A stretch of 64,000 nt of DNA, from contig CM119265.1 in NCBI GenBank assembly GCA_051294375.1, forward strand, positions 11,285,818 through 11,349,817, given 5' to 3'. Below are positions 26,789-40,300 of this stretch, piece after piece. Made by a program: the position numbers and the translations under genes. Every line of letters starts with the position of its first letter. Within the stretch, counting starts at the first letter, position 1. The DNA is from Paraspadella gotoi (taxonomy: Eukaryota > Animalia > Chaetognatha). The notes beneath the pieces were generated by a model. It searched no databases, was not told where the DNA came from, and was given only the letters and a program-made list of their open reading frames with translations.

Positions 26789-28445
26789 ATGAATACTGAA
26801 CTGTGTTTGGACAAAAATTTAAACAAACCTAAACGGATAAAAATAATTAAGAAAAAAATTAGAATAAATGCTAATTATAGTTGTGAAGTATGTGATGCAG
26901 ATTTCTTCTTTAAAACTGAATTAGTTAAGCATTTGAATGCTGTTCATTCTATCTTACCATATAAGTGTAAAATTTGTGGAAAGGCATTCAAGTTACGTGA
27001 CCATTTATATAAGCACAAATCTATTCATGATGTTAAGAAGACTTTTAGCTGTGTGGCATGTGAAAGAATTTTTGCAAGTTTACAGAGTTTAAGGAATCAT
27101 GAAAGATATGATCATGATAAACACCCCAAAAAAAGGTACCCTTGTGAATTATGCGGAAAAACTTATTGTAATAAAAACCTGATTCGTTTACATAAATTAC
27201 GTTTTCACAGTGCAACTGAGGAACTAAACCTCGTAAATAGAAAAAAATTCAGCCGACAGAAACGGGTCACATGTGATTTGTGTGGAAAAGAAGTAAGTCG
27301 TGGACATCTTCCTCGCCATAGATATATAACCCATTTTAAAAAGAGAATGGTCAAAAGACTCTATATAGAAAGAAATGCAGATAAGAAGCAAAAAAGTAGC
27401 AAATTGAAAAAAGTTGCCAAGGAATGCACTTATGCATCGGATGATGAATATGAAAATGATAATTCTGACTCATTAAATGCATTAAATATAAAAAATGAGG
27501 ATTTAAAAGAATCTAATGAATCAAAGAAATATCAATCTGTTGAAATGACTAACCCTTGCAAAGGTCAGGATAATGCTTTTTCTGTTGATGAAAATGTTAG
27601 CAAACTTTTAGAGAAACGCAAACTAAATGAAACATATAAATGTTCTTGTGGTAAGGGATTTAGACGCCAGTCTGATTTTAACAGACACACTGGAGTAAAC
27701 AAAGAATATCTTCCTCACTTTTGTCGCCACTGTTACGCAGCATTTGGTTGTCCTGGAAATCTTCTTACGCACAAACTGACTGTCCATGGAGAGCCCCCAC
27801 CTTGTCAATGTAAAATCTGCTTTAGACCTTTTTTAGGGCCTGGTTCTCTTCGAAGACATTTACCTGTTCACAATAGTGATTCTCATGTATGTGAGCTTTG
27901 TGGAAAAATGTTTTGTCATGCGTTAATACCTAATGAGCCACGAAGATGCATTGAATGTCAAAAGAATCAACCGTATGTGACTGAAAAACTATTGAAAGTT
28001 GATGAAACTACCCTGGATTCTGGTGGAAAAAGGTATTTAAAGTTATTATTATTAAACAAGTTTTTGAGTTGATTTTTGGTTTTGTGTATTTTTTTTTATT
28101 TATTTTTTTAATTTTTGGTCGGATCTGCTTAGTACAGCAGATTGTTCTCTATAGACAAGTATGTTAATGAATTGCGAATTATCAAACATGCTCCCCCAAA
28201 AAAAGGCCATCCTTAATAAACTATACTCTGCATATAAGAATTATCTTATTGACATAAAATATTGAAGTATATTTCTTTTTTTTTTTTAGTGTTTCTGGAA
28301 ACAATCCACGATTGTGTGAAATTTGTGGAAAAGAATTTTTGCTGGTAGAAGATCTTCGGAAGCATATCTTTAAGCATAAAAAAGAAGCTAAGCCAGTTAC
28401 TAAAAACAGATGTACTTATATAGAGAATACTATAAATATTGAGAG
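26789..28445 (+). CDS. ZnF-C copy 1, pieces A-B-C: exon 1 (26789-28032) and the start of exon 2 (28290-~28445), which then breaks off
   Basis: Paralogous to exon 1 of ZnF-A/B. Same phase-2 intron followed by CEICGKEFLLVEDLRKH. Homology to copy 2 ends at NTINIE. Confidence 0.85.
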
Positions 28446-28512
28446 CATTTCATTATTCGAAATGGCTATTCGCCAAGGAGTGGGCAGAAGAAAGAGGGTT
28501 CAAACCCTACAA

Positions 28513-29071
28513 ACTGACGTAATTTGGTCAACTGACGTAATTTGGTCAACTGACGTAATTTGGTCAACTTGACGTAATTTGGTCCACTGACGTAATTTGG
28601 TCAACTGACGTAATTTGGTCAACTGACGTAATTTGGTCAACTGACGTAATTTGGTCAACTGACGTAATTTGGTCAACTGACGTAAATTTGGTCAACTGAC
28701 GTAATTTGGTCAACTGACGTAATTTGGTCAACTGACGTAATTTGGTCAACTGACGTAATTTGGTCAACTGACGTAATTTGGTCAACTGACGTAATTTGGT
28801 CAACTGACGTAATTTGGTCAACTGACGTAATTTGGTCAACTGACGTAATTTGGTCAACTGACGTAATTTGGTCAACTGACGTAATTTGGTCAACTGACGT
28901 AATTTGGTCAACTGACGTATTTGGTCAACTGACGTAATTTGGTCAACTGACGTAATTTGGTCAACTGACGTAATTTGGTCAACTGACGTAATTTGGTCAA
29001 CTGACGACTACGATTTGGTTTTGGTCAACTGACGTAATTTGGTCAACTGACATAATTTGGTCAACTGACGT
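28513..29071 (+). repeat. 18-bp satellite A (caactgacgtaatttggt)n, about 28 near-perfect units
   Basis: Direct tandem array with no spacers. Further arrays at 25269-25360 and 35655-36219. Confidence 0.97.
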
Positions 29072-30724
29072 AAAATGATTTGACTCCAAAGTTCTGACAA
29101 ATGATCAAATGTTTTCCAGAACAAAAGTTTTATTTGTTCATTAATAAGAACAGACCTTAATAAAATAAAGCATATAGATATTCTGGCTGCTTTTGCCGGC
29201 AAGCAATCACAATATCTATATCACACAATATTACAAACAGTAATATTAATATAAATAAACATTAACAGATTCAATAAAGGTCAACAAATAAAGTACTAAA
29301 AATAAACAATGTGAAGAGAAATACTTGGTGAAATATTTAAGACTTAACAATGAAAATGTATATAACAATGAGAACCAATAATAACACTAGTTGTGACACC
29401 TATCGAACTATATGAGTTTTTAGTGTCTTTTGTTTTACTAATGTAATTGACATGTTACAATAGATAAATAGTGCAAGTGAATATCTATATCTTGTTAACC
29501 TGAGTTGCGTTTGCCACTAAGTAGGTTGATGTGGATCAAAGTACTCGAGATCGAATCTCGACGTTGAATCTTTTATTTACATTGATTAATAATTATTTTA
29601 AGCTTATGAAAATGTTAAACTGTAATAGACCAAATGTCGGGTTATCATGTCAGGTAAGTCCAGATTATCAGTACCCTTTCTGCAACCTGCATTCTGAATT
29701 TTCTTTTTTTCCCTTTCAAATGTATTAAATAAACAAGTTTGAGCAAACAATGTCGGATCTGCCTAATTAATTAATTTAATTAATAGATTAATTATAATTT
29801 ATATTCAGCTTGTCATCATCGATGTCCTTAAAATTGAGTCAGGACAGTTATTAATGTTTTGTTTACATTTTATCAAAACAAACAAATATCCTCTATTATC
29901 GAGCCAGGCGGGCAAAGCCGTCCTGTCTAGATTTTGATTCGGTTTAGCTTTCGGTCACGTTTTTTGCAATCATGGCTTCTGAAAATGTGATATCATAGGG
30001 AGTTGAATTTTCATATATGGCTTCTAATCATCAAGATCTTTAAAATTCTCATGTTTCATATCAATATTCGTATTTGTTTGTTTTATTTACAAAACAAAAA
30101 CGTTTTAATTATATGTCGCTCCTCTCTCTCTCTCTTTTTCTCCGTCACTGCTTCTTCTGATTTGTCTAAAACGAGTTCCGGCTCTGCAGCGTCTGTCAAG
30201 CTTTTTCTCTCTCTCTCTCTCTCTTTCTTCTCTCTCTCTTTTTTTTACAAAAAAATTTTTAGATATAATGTGGGTTCACTAATGTAAAAAACGATGCCGC
30301 GAACAGGGCGCGAACCCGGGTCTTTGGGTAGAGAATAGCTCACGCTACGTGCGGCGCCATAAGTACTGCCGATTCTTTAACGAGTAAGGGGCTGTAGAGC
30401 TTCTCTCTCTCTTTTAATTATTATAGTATATCGCTCTTTCTCTTTTCTCTCTGCAGCGGCTGTCTCTCTCTCTCTCTCTTTTTTCTCTCTCTCTCTCTCT
30501 CTCTGTTCTCTGTCTCTCGTGTGTGTGTCTGTCCCTATCTGTCCGATCTCTTGCGTGATCGTTTGTTTTTTTGAAAAATTCTGATTATTTTTTTCCTTCT
30601 AAAAACTTTTTATTATTGCCATTTATTCCGCGCTTTTTTTCAATACAAAATCCCATATTTTCATCCGAGATTTTCGTGGATTTATTCTCTTTCTTTCTCT
30701 CTCTCTCTCTTTCTCTCTCTCTCT

Positions 30725-30775
<51 letters not shown>

Positions 30776-32699
30776 CTCTCTCTTTTCTCTCTCTCTTTCA
30801 CTCATACACGCATTTGTTTGTTTATTGACTATCATCGCATCAATGAATGACAATCATGATCATGCAATGCAATCATCGCATCACTGAATGACTATCATCA
30901 CAGCAGTGAATGACTATCATCGCATCAATAATTGATTATCATCAAATCAATAATCAATTCCTATTAATCAATAAATTTACTATACATCAATCAATTAGTA
31001 TTACTCAATCAATTACTAGTACATCAACAATTCGTTATCGCATGATTCATTCGTTTTTTTCCCGGTTTTTTTCATTAATTTTCTTTGATAGTGGGCTCTG
31101 GCTCGATCTTGAGTCTTTTAAGATTTTTTTATTTTATGTCTCCTTCTTCTCTCTCTCTCTCACTCTCTCTCTTTCTTTCTCTCTCTCACTCTCTCTCTCT
31201 ACTCCTCTCTCTTTCTCTCACTCTCTCTCTCTTTTTATGCAATAGCGACGATCCTTATGCTTTTAAGATTTTTTTAACTTGCATCATTTTTTCAACTTGC
31301 ATAATTTTTTCAACTTGCATTCCGTCAAAACTTTATATCTAGCTTCTTCACTCACTTTCCTACCGGCTCACAAAATTTCATCTCAATCTATCATGGGTTA
31401 AAATAAATAAAAAGATTCAAGTAATGTGACTCATATTTTTTTCATTTAACTCATTTCGACTGGTACGTTTTCACTGAAACTTTATATCAAGCTTCGTCAT
31501 ACGTTTTCCTACCACACAACAAATTTCAACTCAATCTATCCATCCAATTATGATTAATTGGAGTATTTATTTGTTAAAATAAGTAAAAAGATTTTAGTAA
31601 ATTCGACTTATGTTTTTTCCATTTAAACTAATTTCCACTCACACGATTCCATCGAAATTTTATATCCAGCTTTATCACACACTTTCCTACCCACACACAA
31701 AATTTAATTCCAATCCAACCAGCCAATCACGAGTTATTGGAGCTTTTTGCTAAGATGGGACGGATGGACGGATTGATTGACTAATTAATTAATTATTGAT
31801 TAATTTATTTACTAATTGATTAATTAACTGATTAATTATTTGATTTATTAATACATCCTGCAGATACATTTAATATAAAAGGAAAAGAAGCATAATCAAT
31901 TAGTAAAACAGGTTTTTTGTTTTTTTTCCATTTAAATCATTTCCACTCAAACTATCCATCGAAACTTGATTTCCTGTTCAATCACACATTTCCTACCCAT
32001 ACAAATTCCAGGTCAATCAGCCCATCCACTCATGAGCAATTGGTGTTCAAATAGTGAATATTTTTTTTTGTTTTTTTCATTTAAACTCATTTCCACTCGG
32101 ACGATTCCATCGAAATTTTTTACCCATCATTTCCTCAATTTTATGAATCATATGTTTGTAATTAGACAAATTAATCTAAATAACAATATGAACTATCTCA
32201 TTTCAATTTTCATTTTTATGAATGGGAAGTTTTTACTGCTTACTCTCCCTGTGTTTTAATTATCTAATATTTTAAAGGTATTAAATCTCAAAACCTTATA
32301 TAATTACTATATTTTTCACTTTTATTTCAATTCTTTCAAACAAAAAACCAACTTATTCATAATAAACATTTAAATTATTATATTGGAAAAAAAATTGTTG
32401 AAACTTTAAAAATGGATTTTGAGTTGAGGATAAAAAATATTATCTGAAATCTTTGTGTTGATACGAAATGAAATGAGACTTGTTTATCGAGTCATAAAGA
32501 TTTACCATGACAAAAAAAAAATTAGTTTAGGCGCGCATTCTAAGATATAACAGAAACCAGCAAGGGAGACTTTATTAACCAACCATTTAAGGAACCTCAA
32601 TCTTTTATTTGCTGGATAGAGATTCGCGGTTAGTCTGGTGGTTCTAAAGGTAGGGCGCCCTGGAGTTTTATTATTTTTTAATCATTGGGTGCATCAATT

Positions 32700-33360
32700 G
32701 TTTAACAGTTGTAGTGCCAAGAACGGGAGTTTAGAATACTGTGTTTAACGTGAGGGCCGGTACGAGCAACGGAGGCAAAGATTCAGACGCTTCAAACGGG
32801 CCGATCATGCGAACTACCTTGATTTGGGGTGAGGGGATAATTGACTCGGGTCGCAAGGCACTAGTATATGGGGATATATCTCTAACAAGAATGCTGCCAT
32901 GGCAAAAAGAAACAATTATTTGACAAAAGGGTTCTTAGGGGCGATGTACCAGTTAGATGGTTTTAAGTTAAGACTCGTCTTTTAAGTATTTAGTTGTTCC
33001 GCTTTTATTATCGTTGAGGAGAAGTAGGAGAGGTAGTGTAAAAAAGATCAAAAAGATTCGACTCGCAGTTGCAATACTGCGAGTCGTGCGTTATGCTTAA
33101 AATATCTGTTAAAGTGATAGGGATCTCTCTCTTATTAGATATGAGGTACAATTCACGAATATTTCTCTTCAGATATTTATGTTTTAATAAGAAAGTTTTC
33201 AGATGTACTTTGTTAAAAAGATCAAGACCAGGGATGCCCGTTAAGCAGGAAGATATTGAACATATTTCTAATACATCACGCTTGGGACGTAGTATGCTCC
33301 GCATTATAGACATAGCGCCAAGATTCTTTTTTAGATATGAATAAAGGTCTGAGATATTTG
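32700..33360 (-). mobile_element. Possible degraded non-LTR retrotransposon 3' region
   Basis: Locally higher GC. Minus-strand peptide ...ISSCLTGIPGLDL... and downstream Cys/His remnants resemble post-RT LINE sequence, but no RT motif was seen. Confidence 0.3.
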
Positions 33361-35654
33361 TACATTATTAGTCGTAGTGTTTAATGTATTATAAAAAATG
33401 CTTTTTATTTTTATTCAATAACTATTCTGAAAGAAAAGGAGCTAGCAACTAGAAATGGGTGTCGCTCTGTATCAATTAAAGCCCTCAATCATGGGAACCG
33501 TTTCTCAAAAAAGGTTTTATAAATTAATCCATAAATCTTTACGACAGCTTTTGTTTCAAATCACGAACGGGCCAGTTACAGAAGTTATAACACGTCTTTA
33601 GTATTTGCTTTAAAAATTTTATGAAGGCATATGAAATTTTTTATTTTTCTTTTGTAATTTAAAAAAGGAAAGATTGAATTACATTTTGATTATTTAAATT
33701 TTCTTTATTCCATAAAACTGCTTATATTTTTAAGTTAAAGAAAAAACAAGCAAAAATTTATATTGTAGTTTGATAAAAATGTCTTTATTAAATATCAAAA
33801 AATAATATACAAAAATGTTTCAGCTTGATATAAACAGTCTGGACATCTTACCTTCTTGTCTGTGAAAAAAATATCGGCATTCTTTTATTATCTTTAACTG
33901 CAACTAAAGCTTGACAAACACTGCTTGTTTATCATAATAAAGTTTTAAAAAAATTATATAGCTGGCAACATATTTGACAAAGCAAGACACAATCTGTGTT
34001 AAATTGTATTGATAATTTTCTTTTAAATATAGCAGGAATTTAATTCTATTAGTTATCATTGCCATTTTATTAAGAAATAATTTCTTCGTAATAGCCCATT
34101 AGAAAGGGTTCATTGACTGCTTAATGATCATGAATTTTTTAGAATATCATTTTATCTGCTTAATACCCATTAGGGCTTATCTAAAGAATTTTACTTATAT
34201 AATGCAATTCTGTAACAGCGTTATCATATCAGTAAGTCCAGATTATCTGTACCTTTATACAACCTGCATTCTGATATTTCTTTTTTTTTCCTTTCAAATG
34301 TATTTAAATAAAAAAAATTATTTGAGAGAACAATCGGCGTGCGAGGATGCAATTGTGTAACAGCCTTAGTTACCCCACTTCCCGATCGAATTTTTAAATG
34401 AGGTTTTTTTTCCATCTATTTGAGACATAACACTAACTATTGGTACTATTATTATTTTTTTTTTTTTTATTATTAAAATTCTAGGAATAAAATATGAAAA
34501 TAAGTAACTTTTTAAAAAAAATTATCATCTTTCACCCTATATTCGGTCATATCTAAAAACAAAAAAAGATTTTGCATTGATATTTTGGATATGGACATAT
34601 GAAACTATAACGTTTCAAAAAATAAAAAGAAATATAATAATATTGAACAGTGAATTTTTTTTATGCACGGAACAGTAACGTTACGCCATTTTTCATTGTG
34701 TCATATCCAGCTCAATCACACACTTCCCTACCCACACACACAAATTATTCAAATCCATCCATCCAATCACAAGTAATTGGTGTTTTTTGCTAAGGTGGGA
34801 CGGACGGACATCATTTTTTTCATAATTTATCATAATTCGATGTTCTGACATGATATAAGTTAGTGCCTGACAATATTGAGGGGCGGACCGACGGACCGAC
34901 AAAGTGAATTATAGAGTCGGGATCTGCTGAATAGCAGATCCGACTAAAAATTATAGTTAACCAAATTATTTTGTTTGTACCATAGTAACTGTTCAGTTTA
35001 ATCCCTTGCAAGCGATTTACATGTATTGGCGCAGTCATTGGTTTGGTATGGTATGGTAGGATCTGTTATGATCGGTTAGTATGAAAAATTGAAAGAATTA
35101 TACGTGATTTATACATCTAATTAGCTAATTACCGCTTAATTATTATAGGCCAATCCGACAATGTTTGCTCAAACTTGTTTACCCAGAATCAGTTCTCAAA
35201 AACTATCAAATCAAGTTTATAAATTTTGCTCACAGAATCGAGAAGACGAGATACAAATAAAACTAATAAGGAATATTTTGGCATTAAAACCTTGGCGTTC
35301 CCCTGGAAAGCAAAAAAATATCAAATTTTTGTTGTTGTCATCATTTACATACATCGGAGTTTTTACTACATTTGACTCGAAGCTTTTGATGTAATTTCTA
35401 TATCAAATTTCTGCAATAAAATTTTGATTTGAAAACAAAAACAAAAAAGCAAACAATGTCGGATCTGCTACGATAATTATTAATTAAGCGGTATTAAGCT
35501 AATCCGATGATAAATATCATGATAATTTTTTCTGACTTTCAATTTGTGATCTTAATGGATCATAACAATTCATCACATAACAGACTTCTTAATAAATCTA
35601 TGAAAAATCTATAAATCAATTGATCTATCAATCTACCAGTAACTGCACCAATAA

Positions 35655-36219
35655 CAACTTGCATATTTTGGTCAACTTGCTTAATTTGGTCAACTGACAT
35701 AATTTGGTCACCTTTCTAATTTGAATCAAATGGCATAATTTGTAAACTGGCATAATTTAGTTAAAATTTGTCAAAATTTGGTCAACTGAACCGTAAGTTT
35801 GGTCAACTGACGTAATTTGGTAACTGACTAATTGGTTAACGTAATATTGGTCAACTGACGTAATTTGGTCAACTGACGTAATTTGTCAACTGACGAATTA
35901 TGGTCAACTGACGTAATTGGGTCAACTGACGTAATTTGGTCAACTGACGTAATTTGGTCAACTGACGTAATTTGTTCAACTGACGTCAATTTTGTCAACA
36001 TGACTAATTTGCGTCACTGAATAATTTGGTCAACTGACGTAATTTAGTCAACTGACGTAATTTGGTGCACTGACGTTTTGGTCATCTGAGTAATTTGTCA
36101 ACTGAAACGCTATTTGGTCACCTGACGTAATATTGGTCAACTGCGTAATTTGGTCACTGACTAGATTTGGCACTGACGTAATTCTGGATCAAACTGACGT
36201 AATTTGTCAACTGACGTAA
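35655..36219 (+). repeat. Degenerate or noisy array of 18-bp satellite A
   Basis: Same unit with many indels. Confidence 0.9.
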
Positions 36220-36316
36220 AGATCAAACAAGAGGTTGATTTTTGAATTAAAGAAATGGAAAAATATAACAATGATTGAACTTGGTTTTTTCCTGCTTCGA
36301 TAACATTGCCATCTTT

Positions 36317-37320
36317 TTATCGTCGCAATCGCTTAGCGTTTGCGACGATATTGTAACGCTTTTGCGCATAAGTGGCGTTGTTGTCGTCGTCGTCGGCGTT
36401 GTCTACGTTCCAAATTATAGATCGCCTTTTTTATGATTAAATTTGGGTGTATGAAGCTGAAAATTTATATACAGCTTCTCATCATCGATGTGCTTAAAAT
36501 TGGGTCAGGACAGATATTAAATATGTTTTGTTTACGTTTTATCAAAACAAACAAATTTCCTCTTTTATTTTTATGTTTCCTTCTTTCTCTCTTTTCTCTT
36601 TTAAATATATATAGCTCTCTCTGTCTCTTTTCCCCAGTGCTGATTCATCAGAAAAAAAACGAATCTGCAGCTGGCTCTGCAGGGGCTCTTTCTTTGTCTC
36701 TTTTTTCCTGTTGCTTCTGCCTTTTGAGTCTGCAGGGGCTCTCTCTTTTTTCTCCTGCTGCTTCTGCTGCTGCCTTTTGATTTCTTTTTTTTTTTCTCTC
36801 TCTCTCTCTCTCTCTCTCTGCGTTTTTATTTAAAAAAAATTGAATTAGGATTGAAATGGTAAAATTAGGCATCGCATTTGTGCATGTTATCATTTTGATA
36901 TCGCAACATCGGGTTTTTATTTCGTTTTTTTTTCAGGGACTGCATCTGCTAATCAGTTTATTTTTTGACAATGAAAAAGTTTGTTTGTTTGTTTTTTTGT
37001 TGTTTTTTTTCAGAAACTGTAACTTTAATTTTTTTTGGTACTTTATTATTTTTTTTAATTGATAATCGCAAAATAGAATTTTTCTTTGTTTATAAAATAA
37101 TTTTCTTTTCTCAAATTTTTTGTCTCTCTTTCTCTCTGTCACTCTTTTTCTCTGTGTCTCTCTCTGTCTCTGTGTGTGTCTGTCTCTCTCTGTATGATCT
37201 CTTGGGTGATCGTTCGTTTTTTGAAAAATTCTGATTATTTTTTTTTCCTTCTAAAAACTTTTATTATCGCCATTTAATCCGCGCTTTTTATCTCAATACA
37301 AAATCCCAAAATATGATAAC
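36317..37320 (+). mobile_element. HINE-like family 2 (subTIR atcgtcgcaa) with CT/CTG low-complexity body
   Basis: 5' palindrome atcgtcgcaa-tcgcttagcgt-ttgcgacgat after a T-run. Same start at ~58947; body also at 1560-1900; matching 3' ends gcgacgatccttatgcttttaag at ~31245 and ~46780. Confidence 0.6.
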
Positions 37321-40300
37321 TTACTTGACCTAGATTTCGTGGTCGTTGCGGGGCAACGAGTAAACAATTTGAGGAACATGACCTAATAACGCGTTACGTG
37401 TATAAAAAAATCAACATGACCCAATTTCGCGCCGCCGTTGCAAGGCAACGGATAACCGAGATAAACGTATCGTTGGCGGGAAAACTCTCTTTCTCTCTCT
37501 CTTTTACAAAAAAAAATTTTATTCACTTTTTTTAATCTCTCTTATCAGCAGATTCCGACTCTATAATTCACTTTCTCGGTCCGTCGGTCCCACCCCAAAA
37601 TATTAAATTTTCTCTACTCCATAAAAAACAAGCAAAATTTATGTTATTGCTTGATAAAATATTTTTTTAAATATAAAAAATGATAAATACAAAAATGTTT
37701 TCAGCTTGATATAAACAGTCTGGACGTCTACCTTCTTGGCGTTATTTTTCATTATCTTTAACTGCAAACAAAAAGCTTGACACACTGCTTGTTTATCATA
37801 ATAAAGTTTTAAAAAATTACATAGCTGGCAACATATTTGACAAAGCAAGACATCATTGTGTTAAATTGTATTGATAATTTTCTTTTAAATATAGCTAGGA
37901 ATTGAATTCTTTTATTTATCATCCATTTTAATTAAGAAAAAATATTTCTCGTAATAGCCCATGGGAAAGAGTTCATTGACTTAATGATCGACTTTTTTAG
38001 ACTTCTTTACTGCCCCCATTTCACAAGATATAAAAGGTCATTATTCGAGGAGAAATCTTGACAAAGTACTACACAATCAGAATTATCTATGAATTGTTCT
38101 CATATTTTAAGCTCCATGTGTAAAACTTTCAGATCTCCTGATAAAATCTCCAAGGATGCTGAAGGTTTTATTGAAAAAGAACAAATTATGATTCACAAAT
38201 GTCACTCGATAAATCTGCTTGTTCTGATGTATTAGATTCTAATGAGTCAGCAGTTAATACATTGCTTCATACAAATTACCCTCAACAATATGATCAGTAT
38301 TTTTATAAAAATGAAAAGATAACCGAAATGAAAATATTTTTCTTCAAACCTAATCATAATGCTACGATAGAAAGGGAGAATAGCACACCTGATTCTGCAA
38401 AATCAGATATTGGATATGTGAGTGATAACACCAATTTGAGTTTGAAAGTGATGATTTATCAAAATCTGCAAAATTATCAAGACTAACTTGTGTCAGTATT
38501 GTGGACAAGTTTTAGGAAAGTTAATGAACTTCAAACTCATATAAAAGAGCATAAAAATGAACAACCGTTCCTCTGTCATAAATGTGGTTTAGAATTTGAA
38601 TCAAACCTACAACTTAAAAATCATTCTAACTGTCACCACAATCCTAAAATGCCATCTATAACTTAAATCGAAGGATAAATTCAGTTTAATTGACAATATT
38701 GATCCAATTATGGCATTCAATACCACTAATGATAATGTTTCTTCTAATATGTTGCCATGTGATTTTCATAAGTGTACTTGTGGAAAAGAATTTCGACGAA
38801 AAAGTGATCTGAACCGACATCCGGAATTACATTTGGACAAGCTTCCTCATAAGTGTAATCAATGCAATGCTACTTTTGGGTGTGCTGGTAATCTTCTTAA
38901 TCATAAACAAGCTGTTCACATTGAGATTCCACCTTATCAGTGCCACATCTGTGGAATGCCCTGTCAAGGACCTAAAATATTGAAGAATCATCTGCTTCAG
39001 CATAGTAAGATAATAGTAGCTAAACCTAAAAGCCTCCAAAAAAACCTCAACCTAAATTTGTAAACTATGTGGAAAAACCTTTTATAAGGCTTTATATGCT
39101 AAATATCACATGGCAACTCATACGAAGAAAGAATATTCCGTTGTGAAGAGTGTGACATGGTTTTTTACAATCGTCTTTCATATCGTCGTCATGAACGACG
39201 GTGGCATGAATTAAATATCATAAGAAAAGAAATACCAGGCCCAGAGCAATAGCAAGACGAGAACGATTGAACAAGGTCAAAAGAAAAACGGGGAGACCAA
39301 GAAAGTATCCAGCCCCTGCAGTCGTAGATGCTGAAATCCTCCTTCTAAAAAAAGTACAAAATCAAATTTAAGCCAATATCATATTAAAATTCAAAAAGAA
39401 ACGACTATAAACAAAGAAAAAGACATAATAAAAAAAGAAGCAATATAGTTGTGGAAGATATCTCAAAACAAAATGTTCAATTTATATGAAAAAAACCCAA
39501 TGGTTATATTTACAAACAAGGAGGATACGCACTCCTCCATTTGATGATAAATCTGACTCGTTAAATATAAAAAATGAGGATTTAAAAGTATCAAATAAAT
39601 CAATAAATTATCAATCAGCTTCTGTTGAAATGGCCAGCCATTACGAAGGTCAGGATAATGATATTGTGGATGAAAACGTTAGCAAGCTTTTAGAGAAACG
39701 TAAAATAAATGAAACATATAAATGCTCTTGTGGTAAGGGATTTAGGCGTCTGTCTGAGTTTAACAGACACACTGGAGTAAACAAAGAATATCTTCCTCAC
39801 TTTTGTCGCCACTGTTACGCAGCATTTGGTTGTCCTGGAAATCTTCTTACGCACAAACTGACGGTCCATGGAGTGCCCCCACCTTGTCAATGTAAAATCT
39901 GCTTTAGACCTTTTTTAGGGCCTGGTTCTCTTCGAAGACATTTACCTGTTCACAATAGTGATTCTCATGTATGTGAGCTTTGTGGAAAAATGTTTTGTCA
40001 TGCGTTAATACCTAATGAGCCACGAAGATGCATTGAATGTCAAAAGAATCAACCGTATGTGACTGAAAAACTATTGGAAGTTGATGAAACTACCCTGGAT
40101 CCTGGTGGAAAAAGGTATTTAAAGTTATTTTTATTATTAAACAAGTTTTTGAGTTGTTTTTTGGCTTTGTGTATTTCTTTCAAGTATTACGCCGTCCAAA
40201 AAGGCGCAGTTTGAACTGCCTATAAGGGGACAGTTTGAACTGCGCCCTCTTTCTGTTCACGAAAACTGTCTTTTTTTCCTCTGTTGTGGGGAATCCCTGC

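Noticed and set aside
28513-29071. CRISPR-like array or repetitive protein ORFs (QLTKLR)n
   Set aside because: Head-to-tail satellite with no unique spacers and no cas genes, in a eukaryotic context. The ORFs are by-products of an 18-bp period.
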